From Gemmatimonadota bacterium (GTDB lineage: Bacteria > Gemmatimonadota > Gemmatimonadetes > Gemmatimonadales > GWC2-71-9): a stretch of 43,485 bases of DNA. Position numbers and translations under genes: made by a program. The notes beneath the pieces are model-generated. The model was not told the DNA's origin, made no database searches, and saw only the letters and a program-made list of their open reading frames with translations. The stretch covers positions 1 to 43,485 of the forward strand of contig JBDHKN010000065.1 of the NCBI GenBank assembly GCA_039586365.1. The letters run 5' to 3'. Shown piece by piece: positions 27,000 to 36,154 of this stretch (positions are counted from its first letter, which is position 1; every line of letters starts with the position of its first letter).

Positions 27000-27408
27000 C
27001 ACAGGTGACTTGTTGCGGGTCATGCCCCGGAGCCCGTTCCGCTAACCTCGTTTTCGAGTCTCATAAGCGTCAGCATGCCAGAGATGAACACGAGTACGAA
27101 AACCCAAGCCGATCAAGAGGCGATGGTCTTGAGTCCCGTCGATGCGGAGCTGAATGAGCCAGATCCGGCAACATTCTACCGGGGTGGTGAGAGAGGGTAG
27201 GTTGACTACCCGACGCTGGAGAGCGCAGCTGCCAGTCAGTCTCTCTCAGCAAGAGGATCATGAGCGCCCGTGCTGATCGAGCAGAAAGTGGCTGGCACTG
27301 ACACCTGTAGCCCCCTGCACATCTGCGGCCAGGGGCACACCGTAGCGCCATCCTCGTAGCCGCGCCATAATAGGCGGACACCCCATCACCATCACTTTAG
27401 GAGGGTGT

Positions 27409-28563
27409 GTGGACGCGGACTTGGCGCTAGTGGGCGGTGGTCTGGCCAACAGCCTCATCGCCTACCGGCTGTCTCAGGTGCGACCGGACCTACGAGCACT
27501 CTGGTCGTTCAATGCAGCCGACCTGACAGAGGAGCAGCACCACTGGATCGGACCCTTCGTTGAGTATAGCTGGCCCGGTTACGAGGTGAGGTTTCCTGAG
27601 TTCACCCGCTGGATAGACAGTGGCTATTTCTCTATCACCTCGCGCCGGCTGCACCAGGTTGTCGCTGATTCGTTAGGCGATCGTGTGTTGCTGAGCAGCG
27701 ACGTGGAGTCGATCAACCCTTCCGAGATCGCACTGAGAGACAGCGGGCCCATCCGGACGGCTGTCGTGATAGATGGCCGCGGACCAGTGCACAGCCCGCA
27801 TCTGGTGATTCGTTACCAGAAGTTCGTGGGTCAGGTAGTGCGGCTCGACAAGTGCCATGGACTGTCCGGCCCGATACTAATGGATGCAACCGTAGAGCAG
27901 CTCAACGGCTACCGTTTCATTTACGTGCTGCCCCTTACGGAAGACAGGGCGCTCATCGAGGATACACGCTACAGTGACTCACCGGCGCTCGAGCGAGATG
28001 ACTACGCTAGAGCAATCCAGCACTATGCCGATAGGCAGGGCTGGGGTTTGAGGGATGTCGATTGCGAGGAAGAAGGCGTCCTGCCGGTTGCTCTGTCCGG
28101 CGACATCGAGAGCTTCTGGGATGATGGGCAGCAGGGCGTTGCGCGCTCGGGGCTCCGAGCCGCACTGTTTCACCCAACAACCGGATACTCGCTACCCAAT
28201 GCGGTTCGCTTGGCCGATTATCTCGGCGGGGACATGCCACGGAGTGGTGGTGCCTTAGCCAACAGAGTGAAGCAACGATCGGTAGAGCACTGGCACAATA
28301 CCCGATTCTTCCGCATGCTGAACAGAATGCTGTTCCTGGCAGGTGAACCGTCGCAGCGATTTCGCGTATTTCAGCGTTTCTATCGGCTTCACAAATCGCT
28401 CATCGAGCGGTTCTATGCGGGTAGCCTGACATACTCTGACCAGTTCAGGTTACTGTCCGGCCGGCCTCCGGTGCCGGTCGTTCGAGCAGTGTCGGCGGTA
28501 TTCTCTTCCGGGAGAGAGGCTGAGGGACGCGATTCATCCAGCAAAGTGAGGGAGGACCAATGA
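27409..28563 (+). CDS. crtY: lycopene beta-cyclase CrtY, with an apparent in-frame deletion near the N-terminus
   Basis: LVGGGLANSLIA, YQKFVG, PILMDATVEQ, LIEDTRYSD, LFHPTTGYSLP, FFRMLNRMLF, ERFYAG, GRPPVP. Confidence 0.92.
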   Translation: MDADLALVGGGLANSLIAYRLSQVRPDLRALWSFNAADLTEEQHHWIGPFVEYSWPGYEVRFPEFTRWIDSGYFSITSRRLHQVVADSLGDRVLLSSDVESINPSEIALRDSGPIRTAVVIDGRGPVHSPHLVIRYQKFVGQVVRLDKCHGLSGPILMDATVEQLNGYRFIYVLPLTEDRALIEDTRYSDSPALERDDYARAIQHYADRQGWGLRDVDCEEEGVLPVALSGDIESFWDDGQQGVARSGLRAALFHPTTGYSLPNAVRLADYLGGDMPRSGGALANRVKQRSVEHWHNTRFFRMLNRMLFLAGEPSQRFRVFQRFYRLHKSLIERFYAGSLTYSDQFRLLSGRPPVPVVRAVSAVFSSGREAEGRDSSSKVREDQ

Positions 28564-30077
28564 CACAACCCCGCGCCGTGGTAATCGGCAGCGGCTTCGG
28601 CGGCCTCGCGCTGGCTGTGCGGCTCCAGGCCGCCGGCGTACAGACAACGGTGGTAGAGAAGAGAGACAAGCCCGGCGGCCGGGCGTACGTGTATGAGGAT
28701 GAAGGGTTCACCTTCGACGGTGGTCCGACGGTCCTTACCGCCCCGAATGCAGTAGAAGAGCTGTTCCAACTGGCCGAGCGAGACATGGGCGATTACGTAG
28801 ATCTCTTGCCGGTCATGCCGTTCTATCGACTCTGTTGGGAGGACGGCTACAGCTTCGACTACAGCAACGATCTCGACGCTACGAATGCCCAGATCGCCAA
28901 AAAGAGTCCCGATGACGTTGACGGATACGCGAGGTTTCTGAGATACGCTGAGGAAGTGTTCCAAGAGGGTTACGTGAACCTCGCCCACGAGCCGTTCCTC
29001 GACTTCTGGAGCATGATCCGGGTGGCTCCCCAACTGATTCGACTCGAGAGCTACCGCAGTGTCTACAGTATGGTCGGCAAGTTCATCCGCGACCCTCAGC
29101 TGCGTCAGGTTTACAGCTTTCACTCGTTGCTGGTCGGCGGCAATCCGTTCAAGACGTCCTCCATCTACACGCTCATCCACGTGCTGGAACGCAAGTGGGG
29201 TGTCTTCTTCCCGAGGGGAGGCACGGGCGCATTAGTTAGCGCACTGGTCAAGCTGTTCAGCGAGCTGGGCGGTGAGATCAGGCTAGGAGCACCTGTCGAC
29301 CGGATTCTCACTCAGAACGGCCGTGTCGCCGGAGTGGCCACAGCAGATGGTTGGAGCACCAGTGTCGACACGGTAGCCAGCAACGCAGACGTAGTTCACA
29401 CTTATCGCCGCCTGCTAGAGCACGAACCCCGAGCCAACGACACCACGCGGCGCCTACTCAACCGCCGCTATAGCATGTCGCTGTTCGTGATCTACTTCGG
29501 AACCCGCAAACGGCACCCTGAGCTGGCCCACCATTCGGTGTTGTTTGGAAGTCGGTATCGCGGATTGCTGGACGACATATTCGAGCGCGGTGTACTGGCC
29601 GATGACTTCTCACTCTACCTGCATGCACCGACTGTCACCGACAGCTCGTTGGCACCACCCGGCGGCGAGGCGTTTTACGTACTCTCACCAGTGCCCCATC
29701 TGGGCAAGGCCAACATCGATTGGGAAGCTGAAGGACCTCGCTACAGAGACCGCATTCTGGAGTACCTAGAGCAGCGTTACATACCGAATCTCCGACAGGA
29801 CTTGGTCACCACGCGTATTTTCACGCCCAGGGACTTCGCTCGAGTGCTGAACGGGCATCTGGGATCCGCGTTCTCCTTGGAGCCCGTGCTTACGCAGAGT
29901 GCCTACTTCCGGGTGCACAATCGTGACCCACACATCGGAGGACTGTACTTCGTCGGCGCAGGTACGCATCCAGGCGCCGGTGTTCCGGGCGTGGTCGCAT
30001 CTGCCAGAGCCACGGCAAGCCTCATACTTGCCGACGTCGGACAGGGACATCGTACCAGGAAGCATCCAGCCGAGTGA
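28560..30077 (+). CDS. crtI: phytoene desaturase
   Basis: VIGSGFGGLA, FTFDGGPTV, SLLVGGNPF, FSLEPVLTQSAYFR, VGAGTHPGAGVPGV. Confidence 0.96.
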   Translation: MTQPRAVVIGSGFGGLALAVRLQAAGVQTTVVEKRDKPGGRAYVYEDEGFTFDGGPTVLTAPNAVEELFQLAERDMGDYVDLLPVMPFYRLCWEDGYSFDYSNDLDATNAQIAKKSPDDVDGYARFLRYAEEVFQEGYVNLAHEPFLDFWSMIRVAPQLIRLESYRSVYSMVGKFIRDPQLRQVYSFHSLLVGGNPFKTSSIYTLIHVLERKWGVFFPRGGTGALVSALVKLFSELGGEIRLGAPVDRILTQNGRVAGVATADGWSTSVDTVASNADVVHTYRRLLEHEPRANDTTRRLLNRRYSMSLFVIYFGTRKRHPELAHHSVLFGSRYRGLLDDIFERGVLADDFSLYLHAPTVTDSSLAPPGGEAFYVLSPVPHLGKANIDWEAEGPRYRDRILEYLEQRYIPNLRQDLVTTRIFTPRDFARVLNGHLGSAFSLEPVLTQSAYFRVHNRDPHIGGLYFVGAGTHPGAGVPGVVASARATASLILADVGQGHRTRKHPAE

Positions 30078-30081
30078 ATCC

Positions 30082-31023
30082 GTGGATGAGGTAGCTAGCT
30101 ACAGCCGAGAGACAATCAGGAGCGGTTCGAAGAGCTTCGCGGCGGCGGCTCGACTGCTGGACAGAAGGACGCGCGAGAGCGCACACATGCTCTACGCATG
30201 GTGCCGCTACTGTGACGATCAGATCGATAGCCAGCACCTGGGGGTTGCGGTCGAAAGGCAACCCTCATCGAGCCGTAGTCGGCTAACGCGCTTGGAGCGG
30301 GAAACTCGGCGGGCGCTCGCCGGCGCACCCGTGGAGCATCCGGCTTTCGTGGCCCTCAGCCGTGTGGTGAAGCGCCATGGTATTCCGCATCGTTACCCAC
30401 TGGAGCTGCTCCAGGGATTCGCGATGGACGTGGGGCAGTGTCGCTACAACGAGCTCGAAGACACCCTGCTGTACTGCTATCACGTGGCGGGAGTGGTAGG
30501 AGTGATGATGGCCTACGTGCTGGGAGCCACGAGCAGTGATACACTGTTGCGTGCTGCGGACCTCGGCATCGCCTTCCAACTCACTAACATAGCGCGCGAC
30601 GTCATGGACGACGCACGCCGTGGTCGTATCTACCTGCCTTCCAAGTGGCTTGCGGAGGTGGGAGTGCCGTCTGCGGACATCATGCTCCCGGAGCATCGTC
30701 CGGCCGTATTCACGGTCGTGAGGGGTCTCCTGGATGAGGCGGACCGATACTATGACTCCGCCGCCAAAGGATTACCCCAACTCAGGTGGCGGGCGGCTTG
30801 GGGGATCGCTACTGCACGGACTGTCTACCGTAACATCGGGTGTGTTGTCGTCGAGCGGGGGCCTGCAGCCTGGGATCGACGCGCGGTTGTGGGCCGCGGA
30901 CGAAAGGTGTGGGGGGCTTTCCGCGGACTACTGCGAGCTGCTACCGCGGTTTCCATAGGCCGGCTGCTACCCGCCAAGCAGCGGACGGGCCTGTGGACCA
31001 AGCCGGTTCAGAACGACGCCTGA
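30082..31023 (+). CDS. crtB: phytoene synthase
   Basis: GSKSFAAA, LYAWCRYCDDQID, YCYHVAGVVG, AFQLTNIARDVMDDARRGRIYLP. GTG start at 30082 is inferred. Confidence 0.95.
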   Translation: MDEVASYSRETIRSGSKSFAAAARLLDRRTRESAHMLYAWCRYCDDQIDSQHLGVAVERQPSSSRSRLTRLERETRRALAGAPVEHPAFVALSRVVKRHGIPHRYPLELLQGFAMDVGQCRYNELEDTLLYCYHVAGVVGVMMAYVLGATSSDTLLRAADLGIAFQLTNIARDVMDDARRGRIYLPSKWLAEVGVPSADIMLPEHRPAVFTVVRGLLDEADRYYDSAAKGLPQLRWRAAWGIATARTVYRNIGCVVVERGPAAWDRRAVVGRGRKVWGAFRGLLRAATAVSIGRLLPAKQRTGLWTKPVQNDA

Positions 31024-31036
31024 GTTCGCGCCAGTC

Positions 31037-31513
31037 TCAGCCCTGCCGGGATTGGGCACGAGTCCGCGCTCGCTCCTCCCTGAGCTTCTCTAGCGGGGGC
31101 GCGTAGAGGAAACCAAAGCTCACCGCCCCATCCCGATCCTTCGTGGCATGGTGCATGTAGTGCGCCTGCACGACGCGCTGCAAGTAACCGCTCTTCGGCT
31201 TGTACCTGAGGCGAATGCGTCGATGGACCAGCACGTCATGGAACAGGAAGTAGACAAACCCGTAGGCTGTCATTCCCAAACCGATCCACAACAGAGAGTC
31301 GAACACATTGGTGCCGAGGTAGATCAGCACGATCGCCGGAATCGCGAAGAACACGGCGAAGAGATCGTTCTTCTCGAAGCGACCCTGCCTCGGCACATGG
31401 TGTGACTCATGCAACGCCCACAGGAATCCGTGCATGACATACTTGTGTGTGAAGTACGCCATCACTTCCATGCCCGCCAGGGATCCCAAGAAGAGTAGTA
31501 GGTTGAAGAGCAT
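31037..31513 (-). CDS. crtZ: beta-carotene 3-hydroxylase
   Basis: HKYVMHG, LHESHH, FEKND, HDVLVHRR, HYMHH, VSFGFL. Confidence 0.95.
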   Translation of the reverse strand: MLFNLLLFLGSLAGMEVMAYFTHKYVMHGFLWALHESHHVPRQGRFEKNDLFAVFFAIPAIVLIYLGTNVFDSLLWIGLGMTAYGFVYFLFHDVLVHRRIRLRYKPKSGYLQRVVQAHYMHHATKDRDGAVSFGFLYAPPLEKLREERARTRAQSRQG

Positions 31514-31549
31514 TGGAGGGGAGTCAATTTACCGACCAGTCAAGAGATT

Positions 31550-32656
31550 TCAAAGTGACACCAGGCGGCGGGTCAACCGCTGTGCGACCGCCAAGCCCAG
31601 GATGGCCGCAGCGACGAGTAGCCCCACCGGAAGGAGCAGGGCCGTCGTCGCCTCATCTCTCCAGAATATCGAAGTGTAGGCCTCCAGCGCCCATGCGTTG
31701 GGAGTAACCCACCCAACCTCTTGGAGTACGCGCGGCATCAGGAACCGCGGTACCATGCTGCCACCGAGCGCCGACAGGATCAGCACAGCGATGTTCGCAA
31801 AGGTCTGAGCCTGTTGCCGGGTGGTGAAGGCGGTAGTGATGGCCAGCGCCAGACCGGCAGCGGCACCGGCTGCCGCGAGAGTCGTGACGGTCCACTGCAA
31901 CCAGTGTCCGGGCACATCAACCCCATGCACCACCCACGCCACCAAGAAGATGACCCAAACCTGCACGAACCCCTGAACCACGAGATAAAGGAACTTCCCG
32001 TTCACCAGCACAACGGTTGTGCCTGGTCCCGTGACGATTCGCTCCAGCACACCAGTCTCACGTTCTTCGAACAGAGTCACTGCGCCGTGTACGGCGGACA
32101 GCAACAAGAACAGGACGGCAACAGCGCCGGCCGAGTAGGCGATGTTGTTGAGGCCCGCTGATTCCCCAGCAACGTTTTCCTCCTCAACTAGTGGACCGCG
32201 GCCGGTGACTGTTTCCATTGACATCCTGGCGTAGGCCCGCTGCACCTGTCCGGTAAGCACACCGGTCGCGACGCCGCGTGAGGGGTCACTAACCACCGTG
32301 AACGGAGCACGCGGTTCTGCCGTAATGCCATCGACCGGTTGATCTGGTGCTCGGATTACAAGCCCAACATCGGCGGTCCCGCGGCGGACCAACCTCCGCA
32401 CATCCTGATCCGAAAGGACCTCTTCCATCAGCACCAGGTCTGAACTGTCGCGTAGTAAGGCGGTCACCCGGCGCGACCACTCGCTGTTCGCCTCATCAGC
32501 CAGCGCGAGGCGCGGTCGGAAGTTCTCTCCGCTCGTGGCTGCGAATATAGACGCGAAGATCAGAAAGAACACCGCCGGCACTACGAAGCTCATTGCCAAT
32601 GCGCCACGGTCTCGCAAGAGCCGCAGAAGCATGACATGAAAGATGGCACGGCTCAC
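31550..32656 (-). CDS. ABC-2 type transporter permease
   Basis: N-terminal TM, extracytoplasmic domain, EERETGVLERI, LGGSMVPRFLMP. Confidence 0.9.
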   Translation of the reverse strand: MSRAIFHVMLLRLLRDRGALAMSFVVPAVFFLIFASIFAATSGENFRPRLALADEANSEWSRRVTALLRDSSDLVLMEEVLSDQDVRRLVRRGTADVGLVIRAPDQPVDGITAEPRAPFTVVSDPSRGVATGVLTGQVQRAYARMSMETVTGRGPLVEEENVAGESAGLNNIAYSAGAVAVLFLLLSAVHGAVTLFEERETGVLERIVTGPGTTVVLVNGKFLYLVVQGFVQVWVIFLVAWVVHGVDVPGHWLQWTVTTLAAAGAAAGLALAITTAFTTRQQAQTFANIAVLILSALGGSMVPRFLMPRVLQEVGWVTPNAWALEAYTSIFWRDEATTALLLPVGLLVAAAILGLAVAQRLTRRLVSL

Positions 32657-33600
32657 GGCTGCAGATCCCCACCAGTCAGATGAAAGAACACTCCTCTCAG
32701 TCCGGGCTCGCGGACACGCACCTCGTCAACGGTGAGCCCGGCCTGAGCCGCCTGGCCACCCAACTCGGACACTTCAGCAAACCCGCCGTTGAGGCGCCCG
32801 GTCCAAGCGGCCCCGCCTTCCACCCTCGTCAGACCTGCGTGCTCCAGAAACTCGAGTCCACGGGCTTCTGGCTCCCGTGCGAAGGTCATGATCAGTTCCT
32901 TAGCCTCGCCGAAAACACTGCGGACCAGGGATTCTGCTTCACCCTCCGCCAGAATGCGCCCGTTAGAGATGATCCCGACACGGTCGGCGAGTTCCTCCGC
33001 CTGATCTAGGTCATGCGTCGTGAGCAGTATCGCTAGTCCGTCGCGTCGCAACTCGCGGAGAAGATCGTGGATGCCCTCTCGGGCCATCAGGTCGACGCCG
33101 ACCGTAGGTTCGTCAAGCAGTAGTAGCCGTGGGTGGTGCAGGATGCCGGCTGCGATGTTCAGTCGCCGTTGCATTCCACCCGACAGATCCGCTGTCCGGT
33201 CGTCGGCTCGTTCGGTGAGTGCCATCAGCTTCAGGGCCTGATCCACAACTGTCGGAATGTCGCGTGCTGGCACCCCGCTCAAACGACCCAGCACGTCCAA
33301 GTTCTCGCGCGCCGTCAGATGGTCGTAGAGAGCGATGGATTGGGGCACCAACCCGAATAGGCTCCTGGCGGAAGCATCTGCGTGCACGTCACGACCGAGA
33401 ATGCGAATGCTGCCGGAGTCGAGCCGGATGCGCCCCGATATGGCTCTCACCAAGGTCGTCTTGCCTGCGCCGTTGTGGCCTATGAGGGCGAAGATCTCAC
33501 CGGCTTTGATAGCAAGATCGACGCCCGCGAGTGCGACCTTCGACCCGAATCGTCGTGTCGCACCCGCGACACTTAGCACCGCATCTGCAGGAATAGGCAA
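32653..33600 (-). CDS. ABC transporter ATP-binding protein
   Basis: GHNGAGKTT, LSGGMQRR, LLLLDEPT, TTHD; TTG start. Confidence 0.95.
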   Translation of the reverse strand: MPIPADAVLSVAGATRRFGSKVALAGVDLAIKAGEIFALIGHNGAGKTTLVRAISGRIRLDSGSIRILGRDVHADASARSLFGLVPQSIALYDHLTARENLDVLGRLSGVPARDIPTVVDQALKLMALTERADDRTADLSGGMQRRLNIAAGILHHPRLLLLDEPTVGVDLMAREGIHDLLRELRRDGLAILLTTHDLDQAEELADRVGIISNGRILAEGEAESLVRSVFGEAKELIMTFAREPEARGLEFLEHAGLTRVEGGAAWTGRLNGGFAEVSELGGQAAQAGLTVDEVRVREPGLRGVFFHLTGGDLQP

Positions 33601-33610
33601 AGTTGGGGGG

Positions 33611-34540
33611 TCAGTTCTCGCTCTTCATGGCCACTGATACTCCCGGAATGACCGACTGCGCCAGCGCTACGAGAGGATCACGTCTTGATCCTAGAGGGGC
33701 GAGGTCTTCGACGGCGGAGTCAAGCAGCCGGTTGGCCCAAGCCCGCGCCCGATCTGCACCCATCAATGACACCAGGGTAGCTTTCTGCGCGTCCTGATCC
33801 ACGGTCTTGCCCGCCTCGACCTCGGTATGCGAAACGTCGAGCAAGTCGTCGAACACTTGGAAAGCGAGACCGAGGTCGCGCGCAAAGTCACGTACAGCTT
33901 CCACATCTCGTTCTGGGACTCCCGCGATCCGGGCTCCAGTTTCGGCTCCCGCCACGAACAACACAGCAGTCTTGAGCATATTCGTCTTTTCCAGGGAGCC
34001 GGCGTCGCGACCGGGCCAATCCTCGAGATCGAGCATCTGCCCACCGATCAACCCGCTGCTCCCGATTGCGTCGGAGAGGAGTAGCACCAATCGAAGCCGC
34101 AGCCGGGACGTCAATCCGGGAGCCGATCCCATGACATTATAGGCGCCGCTCAGCAGCGCCATAGCGGCGAGCAGCGCGGTGTTCTCGCCAAACACTATGT
34201 GGTTGGCAGGCTGGCCACGACGCAGCCTCGCGTCGTCCATTAGAGGCAGGTCATCGAGAATGAGGGAGGCCGTGTGCACCATCTCGATGGCGCACGCAGG
34301 ATCGATTGCCGATTCCTCACGACTGCCCAGTTGGGTGGCGACCATCACCGTCAGTATCGGCCGGATTCGCTTGCCAGAGCCCAGCAGACTATAGCGCATC
34401 GCTCGATGGAGTTGTTGCGGCTCCTCATTCTCTGAGGGAATCAACTCCGTCAGGCGGTGATTCACGCGCCGACGTATTTCGGCAGCATGACTCTCTATTT
34501 CGGCGCTCGCACTACCCGCGTGGCTCCTATTGAATTGCAT
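33611..34540 (-). CDS. crtE: geranylgeranyl diphosphate synthase
   Basis: GKRIRP, HTASLILDDLPLMDDARLRRG, GQMLDL, FQVFDDLLD. Confidence 0.92.
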   Translation of the reverse strand: MQFNRSHAGSASAEIESHAAEIRRRVNHRLTELIPSENEEPQQLHRAMRYSLLGSGKRIRPILTVMVATQLGSREESAIDPACAIEMVHTASLILDDLPLMDDARLRRGQPANHIVFGENTALLAAMALLSGAYNVMGSAPGLTSRLRLRLVLLLSDAIGSSGLIGGQMLDLEDWPGRDAGSLEKTNMLKTAVLFVAGAETGARIAGVPERDVEAVRDFARDLGLAFQVFDDLLDVSHTEVEAGKTVDQDAQKATLVSLMGADRARAWANRLLDSAVEDLAPLGSRRDPLVALAQSVIPGVSVAMKSEN

Positions 34541-34754
34541 GCGTTGTCGCCCCTCATGCGGAGACTGCAGTCCGTACGAGAGACCAGCGACGGATCCCGA
34601 TACTCGGACTGCCTAGAGAATGTGGTGTGGGCAATACGATACGGCAATAGCACGAGGAAGCAGCGCTCGCAACACCTGCCTGATAACTCGACGCTTCAAC
34701 TTACAGCGTCGATGCGACGTACCCGGCGGCCGTGGCCGCAGTGAGCTCAGATTT

Positions 34755-35444
34755 TCAAGCGCGGTACCCGACACGCGTGGCCTTGTACCAAGCTGCGAGT
34801 CGTCCGGGTGAGATGCCGAGGTGGTACGCGACAGTGATGGCGAAGTTCACGACGGTGGTACGAACGACTCCGAGTCTCTGCCATCTCCGACCCGACGTCT
34901 TGGCTCGCAGCGGTAGGATAACCACTCGGCCGCGCCGTCTCATGCGCCGGACGAACTCGTAGTCCTCCATTATCGGCAATACGGCGAATCCACCGGCGTC
35001 AGCAAAGGTATCCGCCCGTACGAATATCGCCTGATCACCGTAGGGGAGCTGGCTGCGCCGAGAGCGGGTGTCCACGACCGCCTCGACAAGGCGATACTTG
35101 GCACCGCTAGCGTCGATTGCGAGTGAGAATGCGCCTGCCGCCACTCCATACTCAGAGAGCGCTTCTGCCACAGCGTCCCCGTATCCAGCCGGCAGTACCG
35201 TGTCGGCGTGCAGGAAGAGAAGAACATCGCCTGTGGCTGCCTCGGCGCCCTCGTTCATTTGCCGTGCGCGGTTTGAACCAGTCACGACTACTCGAGCGCC
35301 GGCAGACTCCGCTACAGCCACGGTATCGTCGGATGAGCCGCCGTCGACGACAATAACCTCTGTGGCTCCTCCAGCGAGTGCCGACGTCACCGCCGCCGCG
35401 ACATTTGCCGCTTCGTTCAACGCCGGTATCACAACCGAGATCAT
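34755..35444 (-). CDS. TIGR04283-family GT2 glycosyltransferase (arsenosugar-cluster type)
   Basis: ISVVIPALNE, VDGGSSD, RARQMNEGA, LFLHADT, PYGDQAIF, PIMED, TSGRRW. Confidence 0.9.
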   Translation of the reverse strand: MISVVIPALNEAANVAAAVTSALAGGATEVIVVDGGSSDDTVAVAESAGARVVVTGSNRARQMNEGAEAATGDVLLFLHADTVLPAGYGDAVAEALSEYGVAAGAFSLAIDASGAKYRLVEAVVDTRSRRSQLPYGDQAIFVRADTFADAGGFAVLPIMEDYEFVRRMRRRGRVVILPLRAKTSGRRWQRLGVVRTTVVNFAITVAYHLGISPGRLAAWYKATRVGYRA

Positions 35445-36103
35445 GTTGCAGGAATTTCCGTATCCTTCAACGATTCGTAATACCTGACATCCTCCGGTCT
35501 GTCGATGTCTCGAAGCAGCGGCAGAGTTGCTACTGAGAGACCATGGTTGTTTGCCGCACTCACGGTTGTCTCGAACACGCTCGCTGAGCCCCAGTCGATT
35601 CCTTTGAAGAGGACAGGTACCGGCGCCCGCAGTGCGATCAGATAGTAACCACCGTCCGCAGCCGGTCCGAGAGCGACGTCGTGATCAGTGAGTTGGTCGA
35701 ATGCGCTTGTGATGAGTTCCTCTGTAAGCTCGGGGCAATCAGTACCCACGAGGACCACCGGCGCGTAGCCCTCCGCAAAGGCGGTGTCGAAAGCCGCATA
35801 CATGCGCTCGCCCAGATCGCCGTCGCTCTGATCTCGGTACCCATAGTTGCCCGGAAACGCCGCGCGCATTCGATCAGCGTCGCATCCGGTGAAGTAAACG
35901 GTCAGGTCCGCGCCGAGTTCGGTTGCTGCCCTCTTTACGATGCGCAACGTTCGATCGGTGAGTTCTTGTGACAGTGCGGCAGCGCCCTCGGCACCGAGCT
36001 CTGGTATCAGGCGGGTCTTGGCTCTCCCGGCCTCAGGGTAGCGGGCAAACACGATGGCTCGTTGTCTGGAGTCATCCCGTCCTGACAGTGGCCGGTCAGC
36101 CAC
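35441..36103 (-). CDS. TIGR04282/DUF2064-family transferase (arsenosugar-cluster type)
   Basis: FARYPEAGRAKTRL, Q..GDLGERM, LVGTDCP, LGPAADGGYYLI, DIDRPED. Confidence 0.9.
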   Translation of the reverse strand: MADRPLSGRDDSRQRAIVFARYPEAGRAKTRLIPELGAEGAAALSQELTDRTLRIVKRAATELGADLTVYFTGCDADRMRAAFPGNYGYRDQSDGDLGERMYAAFDTAFAEGYAPVVLVGTDCPELTEELITSAFDQLTDHDVALGPAADGGYYLIALRAPVPVLFKGIDWGSASVFETTVSAANNHGLSVATLPLLRDIDRPEDVRYYESLKDTEIPAT

Positions 36104-36154
36104 GAGATCGGCTCGCTCGATGGGAATTCGTTAGCTGGGAGTCGCCCAACGTTA

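Noticed and set aside
27000..27400. Gene or riboswitch between DUF2177 and crtY
   Set aside because: Only a short hydrophobic minus-strand fragment interrupted by stops; no recognisable family or cobalamin-riboswitch motifs
26053..34540. Rhodopsin/retinal or photosynthesis gene cluster
   Set aside because: No opsin, blh, bch or puf genes; crtEBIYZ points to zeaxanthin-type photoprotection
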